Source of the DNA: Hemiscyllium ocellatum
Lineage: Eukaryota
Assembly (NCBI RefSeq): GCF_020745735.1
Contig: NC_083417.1
Location: 14,074,001 to 14,138,000, forward strand
Reading direction: 5' to 3'
Length of the DNA: 64,000 nucleotides
Positions within the stretch are counted from its first letter, which is position 1; every line of letters begins with the position of its first letter. The notes under the pieces are model-generated. The model did not search any database and had not been told where the DNA came from. It saw only the letters and a program-made list of their open reading frames with translations. Both the position numbers and the translations under genes were made by a program. Below, in pieces: positions 1 through 11,405 of this stretch.

Positions 1-275
1 GCAAATATATTATTAAGCAGTTTGGAACAGGTCCACATTTATGTTAAATTTGGGTATGATAGAAAATGAAAAATATGCTCTCAGAAATTTTCGACTGTAG
101 GTATCTGATTTTCATTCCCGAGCCTCAAATGTCAAACCTTAGATGTTCATACCTGCCAGAAAGTTAAATGTTTCACATTTTAGGAGAAAGTGAGGACTGC
201 AGATGCTGGTGATCAGAGTTGAGAGTGTGGTGCTGGAAAAGCACAGCAGGTCAGGCCGCATCCAAGGAGCAGGAG

Positions 276-310
276 AATCGACGTTTCAAGCATAATCCCT
301 TCATCAAGAA
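276..310 (-). ncRNA. Degenerate minimal hammerhead, family A (C3>U)
   Basis: Minus: ttc TTGATGA a gggattatgctt GAAA CG TC gatt. Confidence 0.6.
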
Positions 311-359
311 GGGGCTGAGAGATAAGTGGGAGGGGGGTGGGGTTGGGGAAGGTGGCTAG

Positions 360-1079
360 CTAGGAAAGTGATAGGTAGATGAAGGCGAGGGAGAAGGTCA
401 TAGGCCAGACGGGGGAGTGACGGACAGGTCCAGAGGTCGGTGCTGAGTTGGAGGCTTGGGACTGGGATAATATGGGGGGAGGGGAAATGAGGAAGCTAGT
501 GAAATCCATGACAATTCCATGTGGTTGCAGGGTGCCAAGATGGAATATGAGGCACTCCTCCTCCAGTCGTCGGATGGTAACGGTGTGCTGGTGGAAGAAG
601 CCCAGGACCTGCATGTCCTTGATGGAGTGGGAGGGGGAGTTGAAGTGTTCAGTGATGGGGCAGTGGGGTTGGTGGGTGCAGGTGTCCCAGAGATGTTCTC
701 TGAATCGATCCACAAGAAGGCGTCCTGTCTTCCCAATGTAGAGGAGACCACACTGGGTGCAACGGATGCAGTAGACTACATTGGTAGAGGTACAGGTAAA
801 TTTCTGATGGATGTCAAGTATCCCTTGGGGCCTTGGACGGAAGTGAGGTGAGTGTTTTGGGCGCAGGTTTTGCTGACAGGTGTGGGGAGGGAAATAGGTC
901 TCTGGTAGTAGGGTCTGTTTGGAGGTGACAGAGGTAGTGGAGGATAATGCGATGTATGTGAAGGTTGGTGGGGTGGAAGGTGAGGACCAGGGGAGTTCTG
1001 TCTTGTTGCATTGGGAGAAGTGGGGTTCAAGGGCGGTGGTGCATGAAGTGGAGGAGATGCAAGTGGAGCACATTGTCAA
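360..1079 (-). pseudogene. PLE GIY-YIG endonuclease domain, frameshifted
   Basis: TCTSTNVVYCIRCTQCGLLYIGKTGRLLVDRFREH...EHFNSPSH...RRLEEECLIFHLGTLQPHG matches the PLE GIY-YIG with CxxC and conserved His residues. Confidence 0.9.
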
Positions 1080-1263
1080 CCGGGTGGGAAGGGATATTAC
1101 GATCGCGGAAGAAGGAGGCCATCTGGGACTTTCTTAGGTGGAACTGGTCATACTGGGAACAGATGCAGCTGAAGCAGAGGAATTGGGAATAAGGGGTGGT
1201 ATTTTTACAGGAGGTAGGGTGGGAGGAGGTGTAGTCTAGGTAGCTGTGGGAGTCGGTGGGCTT

Positions 1264-1582
1264 TTAATATAGGCCTATGGCTAGTCGGTTGCCAGAGATG
1301 GTGATGGAGAGGTCCAGGAAGGGGAGGGAGGTTTCCGAGATGGTCCAGGTGAATTTGAGGTCGGGATGGAAGGTATAGGTAAAGTTGATGAACTGTTTAA
1401 CCTCCTCATGGGAGCACGAGGCGATGCCGATACAATCATCGATGTAGCAATGGAACAGGCTGGGGGTGGTGCCGGTGTAACTGCTGAAGATGGGCTGTTC
1501 CACATATCTGACAAACAGGCAGGCATAGCTGGGTCCCATGAGGGTGCCCATGGCTACCCATTTGGTTTGGAGGAAATGGAAG
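1264..1582 (-). pseudogene. PLE reverse transcriptase fragment
   Basis: FLQTKWVAMGTLMGPSYACLF...CYIDDCIG...FHPDLKFT...LPFLDL motifs. Confidence 0.9.
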
Positions 1583-1953
1583 GATTGGAAGAACCCCACC
1601 GTCCAGTGGCTGAACACTTCAAGTCCCCCTCCCACTCCATTAAGGACTTGCAGGTCCTCGGCCTCCTCTACCGCCAAACCGATGCCTAGAGAAGGAACGC
1701 CTCATATTCCACCTTGGGACCCTACACACCACACGGGATAAATGTGGATTGTTACAGCTTCCTCATTTCCCCTCCCCTCATATTATCCTAGTGCGAAGTC
1801 TCCAACTCGGCACCACCCTCCGGACCTGCTTTTCACTCCCCCCTCTGACCTAACACCTTCTCCCTCACCTTCATCCTATCACATTCCCAGCTATCTTTCT
1901 CTCAAACCCACCTCCCCTCACATTTATCTCTCAGCCCAGACTCACAAGCCTCA

Positions 1954-1987
1954 TTCCTGATGAAGGGCTTACATCCGAAATGTCGGC
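1954..1987 (+). ncRNA. Minimal hammerhead, family A, partly degenerate
   Basis: ttc CTGATGA a gggcttacatcc GAAA TG TC gg. Confidence 0.7.
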
Positions 1988-2275
1988 TCTCCTGCTCCTC
2001 GGATGCTGCCTTACCTGCTGTGCTTTTCCAGCCGTACACTTTCGACTCTGTTTCAAATTTTAGTCAACTGTAAAGTTTTACAACTCAACAACCAAATGTT
2101 GCAGCATGAACTGAATAATCTTAAAATCGTGTGATTCATTGGAAATAATTTGGATGCAGGAGGAAGAAAGAGGTATAATGTGTGTAAATCAAGGAGTAGG
2201 GTTCCTCTCAGCTGAGTGGACTTCATAATCAATGATTTAACATTGTATTGCAGAGTGTTTACATCAAAAAATTAG

Positions 2276-2371
2276 CTGCAAATGTGTTGCTGGTCAAAGC
2301 ACAGCAGGCCAGGCAGCATCTCAGGAATAGAGAATTCGACGTTTCGAGCATAAGCCCTTCATCAGGAATTT
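2276..2371 (-). mobile_element. 96-bp non-autonomous PLE-derived insert (family A)
   Basis: Homologous to the PLE 3' end. Perfect 18-bp TSD tttacatcaaaaaattag (2258-2275 / 2372-2389). Confidence 0.9.
2333..2370 (-). ncRNA. Minimal type I hammerhead ribozyme with intact core (family A)
   Basis: Minus: AAUUC CUGAUGA A GGGC-uuau-GCUC GAAA CG UC^ GAAUU. 5-bp stem I, 4-bp stem II (one G.U), palindromic ACGU stem III, GUC triplet. Confidence 0.88.
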
Positions 2372-2544
2372 TTTACATCAAAAAATTAGTTTATTGAACC
2401 TGACAGATCCACCCTCGTCTCCTCCCAACTTCTTTGTCTCACCTTATCTGAATCATTTTCCATTCCTTTATTCTTTGGTGTTTATCTAGGTTTCCCTTCA
2501 TGGCTGATCCCATTGTTACCTGAAATCCAGATTCCCACCAACCC

Positions 2545-2800
2545 CGCGTAACTTTCACTGGCAGAAGGCTCAGATTTCAGGCAATTGGCAAAATAATCTT
2601 AAGGCATGAGGGCAACATATTTCAGGCAGTGATCTGTTCTACTGCCCAAAATAATGGTGGAATTAGATTCACTGGCTCTCTCAGAAGGTAAATGAAGGAG
2701 GATGGGAAATGGCAAGGATCAAGGGGAAGAGCAGAAATGCAGAACGAATTGGGTAGCTCATACCAAGAGTTGGCGTTGCCACATTGGACTGAATGGTTTC
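2545..2800 (+). mobile_element. Old CR1 LINE 3' fragment
   Basis: Diverged similarity to the CR1 3' ends elsewhere in the window. Confidence 0.55.
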
Positions 2801-3185
2801 TTCAGAGATTCTGTCTCCTTTCCCTGTTCCAACTTTCTTCCAAATGTTCCCTGAATGATCTGAGAATAGGCAGGTGAATTGGATCAAGATACTACCTATA
2901 CGATTGATAAATGACAACATGGATTTAAGGATTCCGTTTCACACTGTAATTTCTATGCACAGCTCAATAGCAAAACAAATACATTTTGTTAATGATGTAT
3001 TTTTAAATAATTTTGAACTTACAAAGCATGCTCTCCTTCCTCTTTGTTTTTTTTTTACTCCAGAAGGAGGGAAAAGAATGACATAAAGTGAAATAGTTTG
3101 AGATGTTATGCTCATTTTTGGATAAAGATGACAGAGTCATTTAACATTGTATTGTAGTGGTGTGAAAGTAACACTCTGAATTTGA

Positions 3186-3373
3186 CATGATGTGGAGATG
3201 ACAGAGTTGGATTGGGGAGGACAAGGTTAAAAATCAAATGACACCAGGCTATAGTCCAAAAGGTTTATTTGAATTTGCAAACTTTTGGAGCCTGATGAAG
3301 GAGCAGGACTCCGGAAGCTTATAATTTCAAATAAACGTGTTGGACTATAACCTGGTGTCTTTTGATTTTTGAC
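3186..3373. mobile_element. Family B PLE-derived inverted-repeat insert with degenerate hammerhead (3292-3330, +)
   Basis: Arms acaccaggctatagtccaa / ttggactataacctggtgt. Core CTGATGA a ggagcaggactcc GGAA GC TT. Approximate TSD ctgaatttga / ctgaatctga. Confidence 0.8.
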
Positions 3374-3955
3374 CTGAATCTGATAGTATACCTTTCCAAC
3401 AGCACAGCTGTATGTGTTAGCACCCAGTAACCTAATATGTCTTGCTTTTAAAATGTAGAGATTGAAAAATTCCATTGTTGTCAGAAGCTGAAGTACTGCA
3501 CCCAGGCTAAAGCTAGCCAAAGCCTATTGGCTAGCAAACACATTGGAAGCAATGTTCCATTTATAAGACATAGGATGGAAGTTAGACCATTCGGCCCACC
3601 GAGTTATTTTTTTTCTTCTGCACAGACCTTCAAGTTCCATATATGTCAGCAACTTCCAAAAGCAGATGTCAATGTTGTGAATAGCATTGGCACGCTGATT
3701 GGAGGGCACAAACGCTCAGAGCGGCTGTGGGGCATGCAGCTTAGAGAAAATGTTGATTGGGTGTTGCTCAGATTAGCAACAAGTTACACAGATCTAAAGG
3801 TCTTAAGTAACAATCACAATCCAATCCGATAGAGCCATAGTATAGGAGCTATACTTCTCCTTGCCCTCCATTGGACTGAAGCATAAATAGAATCAGTTCT
3901 TCATCCTCACCCCCAGTGATTGCCTTTGAGAAGCACAAGACTCAATATCAGCCCT

Positions 3956-4135
3956 GGCTTAGAGTGCTGCTGGGATAGCACAGCAGGTTAGACAGCATCC
4001 GAGGAGTAGGACTTAAGGGCTTCTGCCCGAAACGTCGATTTTCCTACACCTCGGATGCTGCCTGACCTGCTGTGTTTTTCCAGCACCATTCTAATCTAGA
4101 ATCTGATTTCCAGCATCTGCAGTCCTCACTTTTGC
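3956..4135. mobile_element. Family A inverted insert with only the 3' half of the hammerhead
   Basis: aagggcttctgcccGAAACGTCgatt present, CTGATGA missing. TSD ctcaatatcagccct (3941-3955) / ctcaattgcagccct (4136-4150). Confidence 0.82.
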
Positions 4136-5299
4136 CTCAATTGCAGCCCTTTCTGGTTTAATAACTTACAAGCATTAACATTCTAGCCTCATACATGAAC
4201 AATTGCTGCTCAAGTTTTCATGGAAATGTATCAGTAGCAAGTGACAGCTCCTTGAACAGATGGTAGGAGAAAATTGGGATATTTTTCACTAGATTCCTTG
4301 TGTACCATCTTCAACTATTGGATGCTAATTTTAAGAGTCAATTTAGACAGTCAAGTCCAACAATGATTTCAAAGAGTTAGACCAGATACAATTATTTTAT
4401 ATTAGGATATTATTATACCATGCCATATTATAATTATGATCTTATTCTATTTCTACAGATGTTGTCAAATCTGCTGAGTTTCTCCAGCATTTTCTGCTTT
4501 TATTTATAAGGTATTATATTCAATTATTCCTGGGTATATTTGAAGCGTTAGTCCATGGAACATAAGAAATAGGAGCAGGAGTAGTATACTTGGTATCTCA
4601 TGTCTGTGTTGCCATTCAATAAATTCCATTTTCCTGCCATAACACTTAACTTTCTTAAAGATCAACAGTCAGCTGCAATTAGAGTACTGTGCACATTACT
4701 GCAAATGATACAATATGAAACTCAAAGGCCATAGTTACTTGGGAATACAAGTTGGGCTTTTTTTCAATTATCGTCCATTACTGAACTATAGATAATGCCT
4801 TCTATATTTACTGAACTATTTTTTGCCTCATTCTTCATTGCTTTCCTTTCTTCCACTCAGTTTCATTTGAGGTTTGGTGAAATTAGTTCTTCTTGACAAC
4901 AAGAGATGCTGAATTTATATTTCATGGAATCCCTACAGTGTGGATGCAAGCCATTCAGCCCATCAAGTCCACACCAATTATTTGGCTAATGATTTTTCAT
5001 CTGGCTTTATCTTGAGCTCTGAGCCATCACTGAGTTCTAATGCTTTTTGATAAGGTCATTTTCCACCTTCAACATTGGCAGAACGAATCGATGGAACTGT
5101 TCCCGTTCGAGTTCAGTTCTGGCAGATGAGTCCAGTATCAAAACTCTTTGAATCAAAGATGAACCATGAAAATAATCAATTGATTAGCATCTGTAGACCA
5201 TATCAAAGTAAGGTAGTCATTGTGTGTAAGGTTATCACATTTCCCATAAAGAATTGTGAGTTTACCATTCACAAATTTCATTGCCTTTACTTTTTTTTT

Positions 5300-5595
5300 A
5301 AATGATTCATAGGTGTAGCTAGACCAGCATTTGTCCCTAATGTCAACCACACGTTGTTGAGGATCTGGAGTCACATGTAGGCCAGCCCAGATCTCCTTTC
5401 CACAAGGACATTAGTGAACTAGTTTTTTTTTGTTACTGTCAACGTCATTGCCATTAGGTTAGCTTTCTCATTCCAGATTCTTTTTAATGAATTCAAGTTT
5501 TATCATCAGCCAGAGTGGTATTTGAATCTATGTCCCCAGAACATAGCCTGATACTTTAATTCTGAGCCTACTAACATTGCCATTACATCACACCA
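5300..5595 (-). mobile_element. tRNA-derived SINE, second family
   Basis: Reverse complement of 6060-6405; shared core ctggagtcacatgtaggccag. Confidence 0.7.
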
Positions 5596-6059
5596 ATTGG
5601 TCTATGAACGTATCTTTACCTATTTAGTTCTCAATGGTTAATTGGAGTGACCATGTAAGAACAGAATGATTGGATATGCATCTCTGAATCAATGAGCTAT
5701 TCAATGAAAGCAGATTGTACAAGAACGCATTCCAGAAGAACATGGCTCTCTTCAACTCTTGTCTAAAATTGTGTTGGCAAGCTTTTGTTTCATCCCATTC
5801 ATTCAGTGATTGTGATCATTGCCAGTCTATTTCCTTCCAAAGAATAATATCATCATCCTCTTAAGAACAGTCATGCAGTGTAAATGGTGAAAAGACAGTG
5901 GCCCTGGTTCTGGAAAGATTAAACAATATAAAATATGTACACGTTTTATGACATTATTTCTGTATATGTTAGGATAAGGATATTTTAGAATAAAAGCCAG
6001 CTGTATACTTCTTAGTAGGATTGTCTAAAAGATTAAACAAACCTCATGCTACAATACAA

Positions 6060-6405
6060 GGGAGATGCAATGGCTTAATTATATTATCATTAGACTATTA
6101 ATCCAGAGACACAAGGAATGTTCTCGGGACTCAGGGTTAAATCCTGCCAAGGTGGATGATAAAATTTAAATCCAATAAAAAGTAAAATCTGAAATTAAGA
6201 GTCTAATGATAACCATGAAAGCATTGCTGAGTGTCTGGGAAAAATTCATCTGGTTCACTAATTACCATTTAGGAAGGTAATTGGTATCCTTATCTGGTCT
6301 GACTCCAGACCCACAGCAATGCAAATGACTCTTAACTGGACAAATAAGCATTGGCAATAATTGCTGGTCTGGTCAATGGCACCCACCTTCTGTAAATGAA
6401 TTTAA
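6060..6405 (+). mobile_element. tRNA-derived SINE, second family
   Basis: A/B-box-like head (tggcttaatt...gggttaaatcc). Tail ggcaataa..gctgg...aatgaat is shared with the LINE 3' fragment at 28375-28750. Confidence 0.7.
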
Positions 6406-7047
6406 AAACTGCAGGAATGTGCTGCAGGGAGTGTAGAGGGGCAAGGGTACATTCTCTGGTTTGTCTCAGTCAGATAGGACTTGTGTTACTTTGTTGATGA
6501 TATGTTATTTTGGCATGTTTAGCCTCACTCAGTATTACGCTTCTGGAGCCCTGACAATGTGCAATGGTTGGCTTCAAAGACACACACGCACAGAGAGAGA
6601 GAGAGAAAAAAATCTTTGATTCCGTCTCACAAGCCAGGACTGTAATGTGAGCAACAGCAGCCTGTGAAATAGACTGGGCTCAAGCTCTCTCACAGCAACC
6701 AATGGGATCTGGTAGCTGCAACTCAACACCGCCAAGTTGACAATTCAGATTCCCTTATGTGGTGTCAAACAGACATCAATGTGAATCTGTACTCTGTCCA
6801 AAAGGGTCTCCATGAATCAATACTGCAGTCACAATTTGACACCTGTGGACCAGATCTTAGTACTGACAATAACTAATGACTGATTATTTGTGCCAAGTGA
6901 AAGCAAACTAAAAGGGATCAGTGAAGATTAAGCAAGTTTCTTTCTATTACTGTACCCTGTCAACACCACAGGTTTTGGATTAGATGCTAAACGTAGACCA
7001 TAACTAACTTCTCAAATTTTATTATTGATTGATTTTTAAAATTTATT

Positions 7048-7292
7048 TAAAAGATCCCATGATACCATTTTGAAGAAGTGGAGGTCTTCTTGAAGTTCTG
7101 GCCGATGTTTACTCTTCAACCAACATTACCAAAACAGATTGCCATTTTTGAAAGTTTCCCCAAATTGCTTGCTGCACTTTCCGAAGTACAATAGTGAACC
7201 CATTTCAAAGTTACTTCATCGACTGTAAATGCTTTGCAACACACAGTGGTCATGAACATGCAGTGCCTTATAAATACAAGTCTTTCTTTCTT
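7048..7292 (+). mobile_element. Deu-domain SINE (SacSINE1/AmnSINE1-like) with L2-type tail
   Basis: aaaagatcccatg..ttttgaagaag Deu-like core; tail tataaatacaagtctttc. Confidence 0.65.
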
Positions 7293-7296
7293 GTTT

Positions 7297-7478
7297 TGAT
7301 GTGAAGGTGCCAGTGTTGGACTGGGGTGGACAAAGTCAAAAATCACACCAGGTTATAGTCCAACAGGTTTATTTGTAAGTACTTGCTTTCAGAACACTGT
7401 TTCTTCATCAGATAACTAGCGGGGCAGGATCATAAGGCACAGAATTTATAGCAAAAGATCACGGTGTCATGCAATTAA
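7297..7478 (-). mobile_element. Family B PLE 3' end with degenerate hammerhead (7379-7415)
   Basis: acaccaggttatagtccaacaggttt; minus CTGATGA a gaaacagtgttct GAAA GC AA gta. Confidence 0.75.
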
Positions 7479-7579
7479 AACTTTTTATTTCCTTTTTTTG
7501 GTTATATCACAGGTTTAGCGGATGCTATCAAAACATCTTTTGTAATGTGCTTCAGTGTATCTAAAATAGACATTCTAGA

Positions 7580-7800
7580 CATGTTGCAATCACCATGCAC
7601 TGTTGGCAGAGGGAGTGAATATACAATATGGTAGATAAGATGCCAATCAAAAACGTTGCTTCATTCTGGATGATGTTGAACTTCTTGAGTGTTTTTGGAG
7701 CTGCAGTCAACCAGGTAAATACAGAGTATTTCTTCAGACTTCCAAGTTGGCATGGGGAGTCAGGATCTGAGTTACTTGGCTCTTTAGCCACAATATTTAT
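7580..7800 (-). mobile_element. Old LINE 3'-region fragment
   Basis: Similar to 16060-16400 and 26910-27400. Confidence 0.55.
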
Positions 7801-7947
7801 ATATTAATACATGAACAAAGAGCAGGAGTAGGCCATTCAACCTCTCAAGCTTGGTTTCCCTTAATAAGATTATGGCTGATATGACTGTATCTTCAACCAA
7901 TTCATACCTATTCCTGATAATCTTTCATCCTCTTGCTGACCAAGACG

Positions 7948-8054
7948 TGGAAGAAGGGCTTATGCTCCTCGGATGCTGCCTGGCCTGCTGTGTTTTTCTA
8001 GCACCACATTTTCAAACTCTGGTCTCCAGCATCTGCAGTCCTCACTTTCTCCTC
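7948..8054 (+). mobile_element. Family A insert with deleted hammerhead core, inside an old CR1 3' fragment (~7810-8250, -)
   Basis: gaagggcttatgctc joined directly to ctcggatgctgcc; flanking accaagac duplication. Confidence 0.78.
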
Positions 8055-8785
8055 CTTACCAAGACCCTACCTACCTCTGGCTTAAAATATTCAACTTTTC
8101 AGGAAGAGAGTTCCAAAAACACCTTGCCTTCAGTATGAGCCATTTTGGCTTATCTTTGGTTTAAATGGTTGACCATTTATTTTTAATATAGTGATCTCTT
8201 ATTCTAAATTCTCCTACAACTAGAAACATCCTCTCCACAGCCAGATGGTCCCTTCATTTAGGGTCACAGAATCATAGAGATGTACAGCACAGAAACAAAC
8301 TCTTCGGTCCAACTTGTCCACGCCAACCAAATATCCAAACATAAACTGCTTCTTCAGTCATTCTTCAGTTTGATTTATATTCCACCCTATCTCCTGATGT
8401 ACAACCTGTCTTTGTAAAATTTTATGCTTTTTCTTTCAGTTTGATTCCATCTTTCTAGTTAATGGCAAGTTAGATGGTGGTTCTAGCCCTTACTCATTGG
8501 AATGTATGTTTTCTGTGCATTCTGACACATCACCTTGAATTGCATTGCTCTCCTTAACCTAGCTTGCTAATGCACCTTAGCCATAATAAACATCAAGGAC
8601 CTTCCCTTGTCCAGTTTTCAAACTCTAGTCTCTGCTGAGTTAGCTATCATACCATGGTAAGGATAATGGACTCATCGTCACTTACTCATCAGTTAACTCC
8701 ATGGGCTTATTTATTTAAAATGGTAAAATACATTATAAGTTATAAAACAGACATTACAGCAAATTAATGTCTGGGTCTATGGCTG

Positions 8786-8886
8786 GATTTTCCTGCTCCT
8801 CAGATGCTGCCTGACCTGCTGTGCTTTTCCAGCACCACTCTAATCTAGACTCTAGTTTCCAGCATGTGCAACCCTTGTTATTACCT
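8786..8886 (+). mobile_element. Family A 3' fragment
   Basis: gattttcctgctcctcagatgctgcctgacctgctgtgcttttccagcacc. Confidence 0.8.
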
Positions 8887-9418
8887 TGTAAATCACTAAC
8901 AGATTCACTGAAGGCATAATCACAATATTGTATACGTTTTGCAAATGAAACCTTTCAATGGTGTAAATAAAGGCAAGGTATAGAATAGGCTAGATATACG
9001 TAACACATAAAACTTTACAGTCTATTATGTCAAGAGAAGTTTGTTGAAAGAGCTATTAATTAGTTTGACTTTCAAACCTTCTTCTCATTGTCCTGCAAAT
9101 GTTTTCCTTTTTTTTCCATTCATCCACAGGATGAGGGCATCACTGGTTAGCCCAATATTTATTGACCATCCCTGATTGCCCAGAAGGCAATTAAGAGTTA
9201 ACCATATTGCTGTGGGACTGGAGTCATATGTAGGCTAGACTGGGTAAGGATGGCAGATATCCTTCCCTCAAGGGCGTCAGTGAACCCGATGGGTTTTTCT
9301 AACAATCAACAATGGTTTTATGGTCATCATTCAGATGCTTCATTCCAGATTTTTTTTCAAATTCAAATTCTACCATTTGCTGTAGTGGGATTCAAAACTG
9401 GATCCCGAAAGCATCATT

Positions 9419-9442
9419 CACACACACACACACACACACACA
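9419..9442. repeat. (CA)n microsatellite
   Basis: Direct read. Confidence 0.95.
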
Positions 9443-9445
9443 GAG

Positions 9446-9715
9446 ACAAAAACAAAAATTGCTGAAAAGACTCAGCAGGTCTAGCAACATCTATGGAGAG
9501 AAATCAGAATTAATGTTGCAGAGGTTCAGTGACCTGTCCTCAGGTAGCTAGATGGCTACTAAACTGGTGGATTCTAGCTGCCATCAGTTCTGAGGAAGGG
9601 ACACTTGATCTGAAACATTAGCTTTGGTTTTTCTCCAGAGATGCTTCCAAAACTGCTGAGCTTTTGCAGCAATTTCTGTTTTTGCTTCTGATTTCCAGCA
9701 TCTGCAGTTCTTGTG
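9446..9715. mobile_element. Family C inverted-repeat insert with hammerhead (9587-9622, +)
   Basis: gtt CTGAGGA a gggacacttgatct GAAA CA TT agc; inverted arm 9446-9545. Confidence 0.8.
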
Positions 9716-10953
9716 ATTTTCCCAGAACATTATCTGGGTTTCCTGGATTCAGGGTCCAATGTTAAAACCGTTAGACCATCACCTCCCTTTTCTGAGTACA
9801 CCTGTCCATGTTGCAGCACCACAATTGGTCTCCTGTCACTCCCAAAATTGCCTTGCCATTTTCTGATAATAAAGTACCATTTTTCCTATTTTGACAGCTT
9901 GAAGTGAATTTATGTGAAGTGAAGTGAGAGTTCACATGAGCCCCACCCTCCTTTACTTTTTACCTGACATCTTTCATCGAGCTGGGCTGAAAAGTATATG
10001 AAACAGATTATTACAGATAAACTTAAAAGGACCCCAGCTGTACTACAAATGAACTCTTCGATGAAGGTTCTGCGTTGTTTAGGAATTTGTAACACGTAAG
10101 CCACAATTTCCTGTTTATTAAAACAAAGTTGCTTTGTGATGACATGATTTCCGACATAACATGCCATGTGGAAATTTAAAATATTAGGGAGCCAATCAAA
10201 TATCATATCGTAAAAATTGTTCAAACTGTAGAGACAACACAAGTGAGAGTGAGAGCTATGGATCATTAGAAAAGTGTGTACTACATATCACATTGAAGAT
10301 CAGCTAAGTTAAATTTTATGTAAATTTTACGCATTGCTATAGCTTTAAAAGAGGGATGCTTATCATCAGCATTCATTTGAAACAGAGATAGTTAAGTTTT
10401 ATATTTGTGTGGTGGTGGTGTTAAGTTGGCAGTAAATCTAAGTCTTTCTTGATCCTTATTTCCAATAAATTTCATACATACTGTACACTGTCCCATGAAG
10501 TCTCACATTCAGGGCATTTTCAAAGATGCAGTTTTGCTGTCAGCATCTCTTTTAGAGAGTTTTAATGAATCCATAACAATGTGTTATTTTAGCTTAAATA
10601 TTCTTCTGTTTATATCTGCCTGTTTTGATTATTTGGAGCACACTTTTAATTTTCATGGTTAGTACCAATGCCATCTTTCATGGACAAGACAATATATTGC
10701 GGACAACATTTTTAGCGAGCTATCTAAATATTAGCAGATACAAGCATGGATGGAGGGTACCTTCACCTCAGTTGTAACAATAACTGGAATCTCACATATC
10801 ACCTAGCTCAGTAATTTCTTCCAAACTGTTCTTCAGATGTCATCATCATCACTACTCACCAATTCAACAATAGATGAAAATCAATAAGACTTACAGAAAC
10901 AAAATATGATGATCACTACTACTCCTGGATCTTGTTGGGACAGAACTATCACT

Positions 10954-11215
10954 AAAGATAAAAAAAAGAACTGTGGATGCTGGACATCAGAAATAAAAAC
11001 AGAAAGTGCTGGAAAAAACTCAGCAGGTCTGACAGCTTCTGTGGAGAAAAAGTGGAATTAACATTTCCGGCCCAGCCACCCTTCTTCAGAACTAAGTCTC
11101 TTATCAGCTCTTCAATTCTGAAGAAGGGTCACTGAACCCAAAATGTCAATGCTGCTTTCTCTCCAGTAGATGCTGCCAGATCTGCTGAGCTTTTCCATCA
11201 ATTTATGTTTTGTTT
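10954..11215. mobile_element. Family C inverted-repeat insert with two divergent hammerheads (11057-11093 -, 11115-11150 +)
   Basis: Plus: att CTGAAGA a gggtc-actg-aaccc AAAA TG TC aat. TSD cagaactatcact / ctgaaatatcact. Confidence 0.82.
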
Positions 11216-11405
11216 CTGAAATATCACTCCAGGCTGTTCTTCTCCACCATACACCATCTCCTTAAAATCCACCGCCCTAACCCATCACCTCTAACAACTG
11301 CGAGCAGTTAATGAACTTCCTAGTCATTCAAATACCTCACTTTCAACTCCTTGATTGTATCCCTCTAGTGTCCATGTTTATCAAAAAAATCCACAATTTG
11401 TCAAA

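Larger units (their letters stand above)
184..2048 (-). mobile_element. Penelope-like retroelement (Neptune-type), 5'-truncated, with an inverted copy of its 3' end (family A)
   Basis: Minus body ~184-1582 encodes PLE RT and GIY-YIG. Plus segment ~1593-2048 is an inverted copy of the 3' end. 15-bp TSD tgtttcacattttag (169-183) / tgtttcaaattttag (2049-2063). Confidence 0.92.
9115..9787 (-). mobile_element. Second-family SINE interrupted by (CA)n and a family C insert
   Basis: SINE sequence at 9115-9418 resumes at 9721 (cccagaacattatctggg). Confidence 0.7.
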
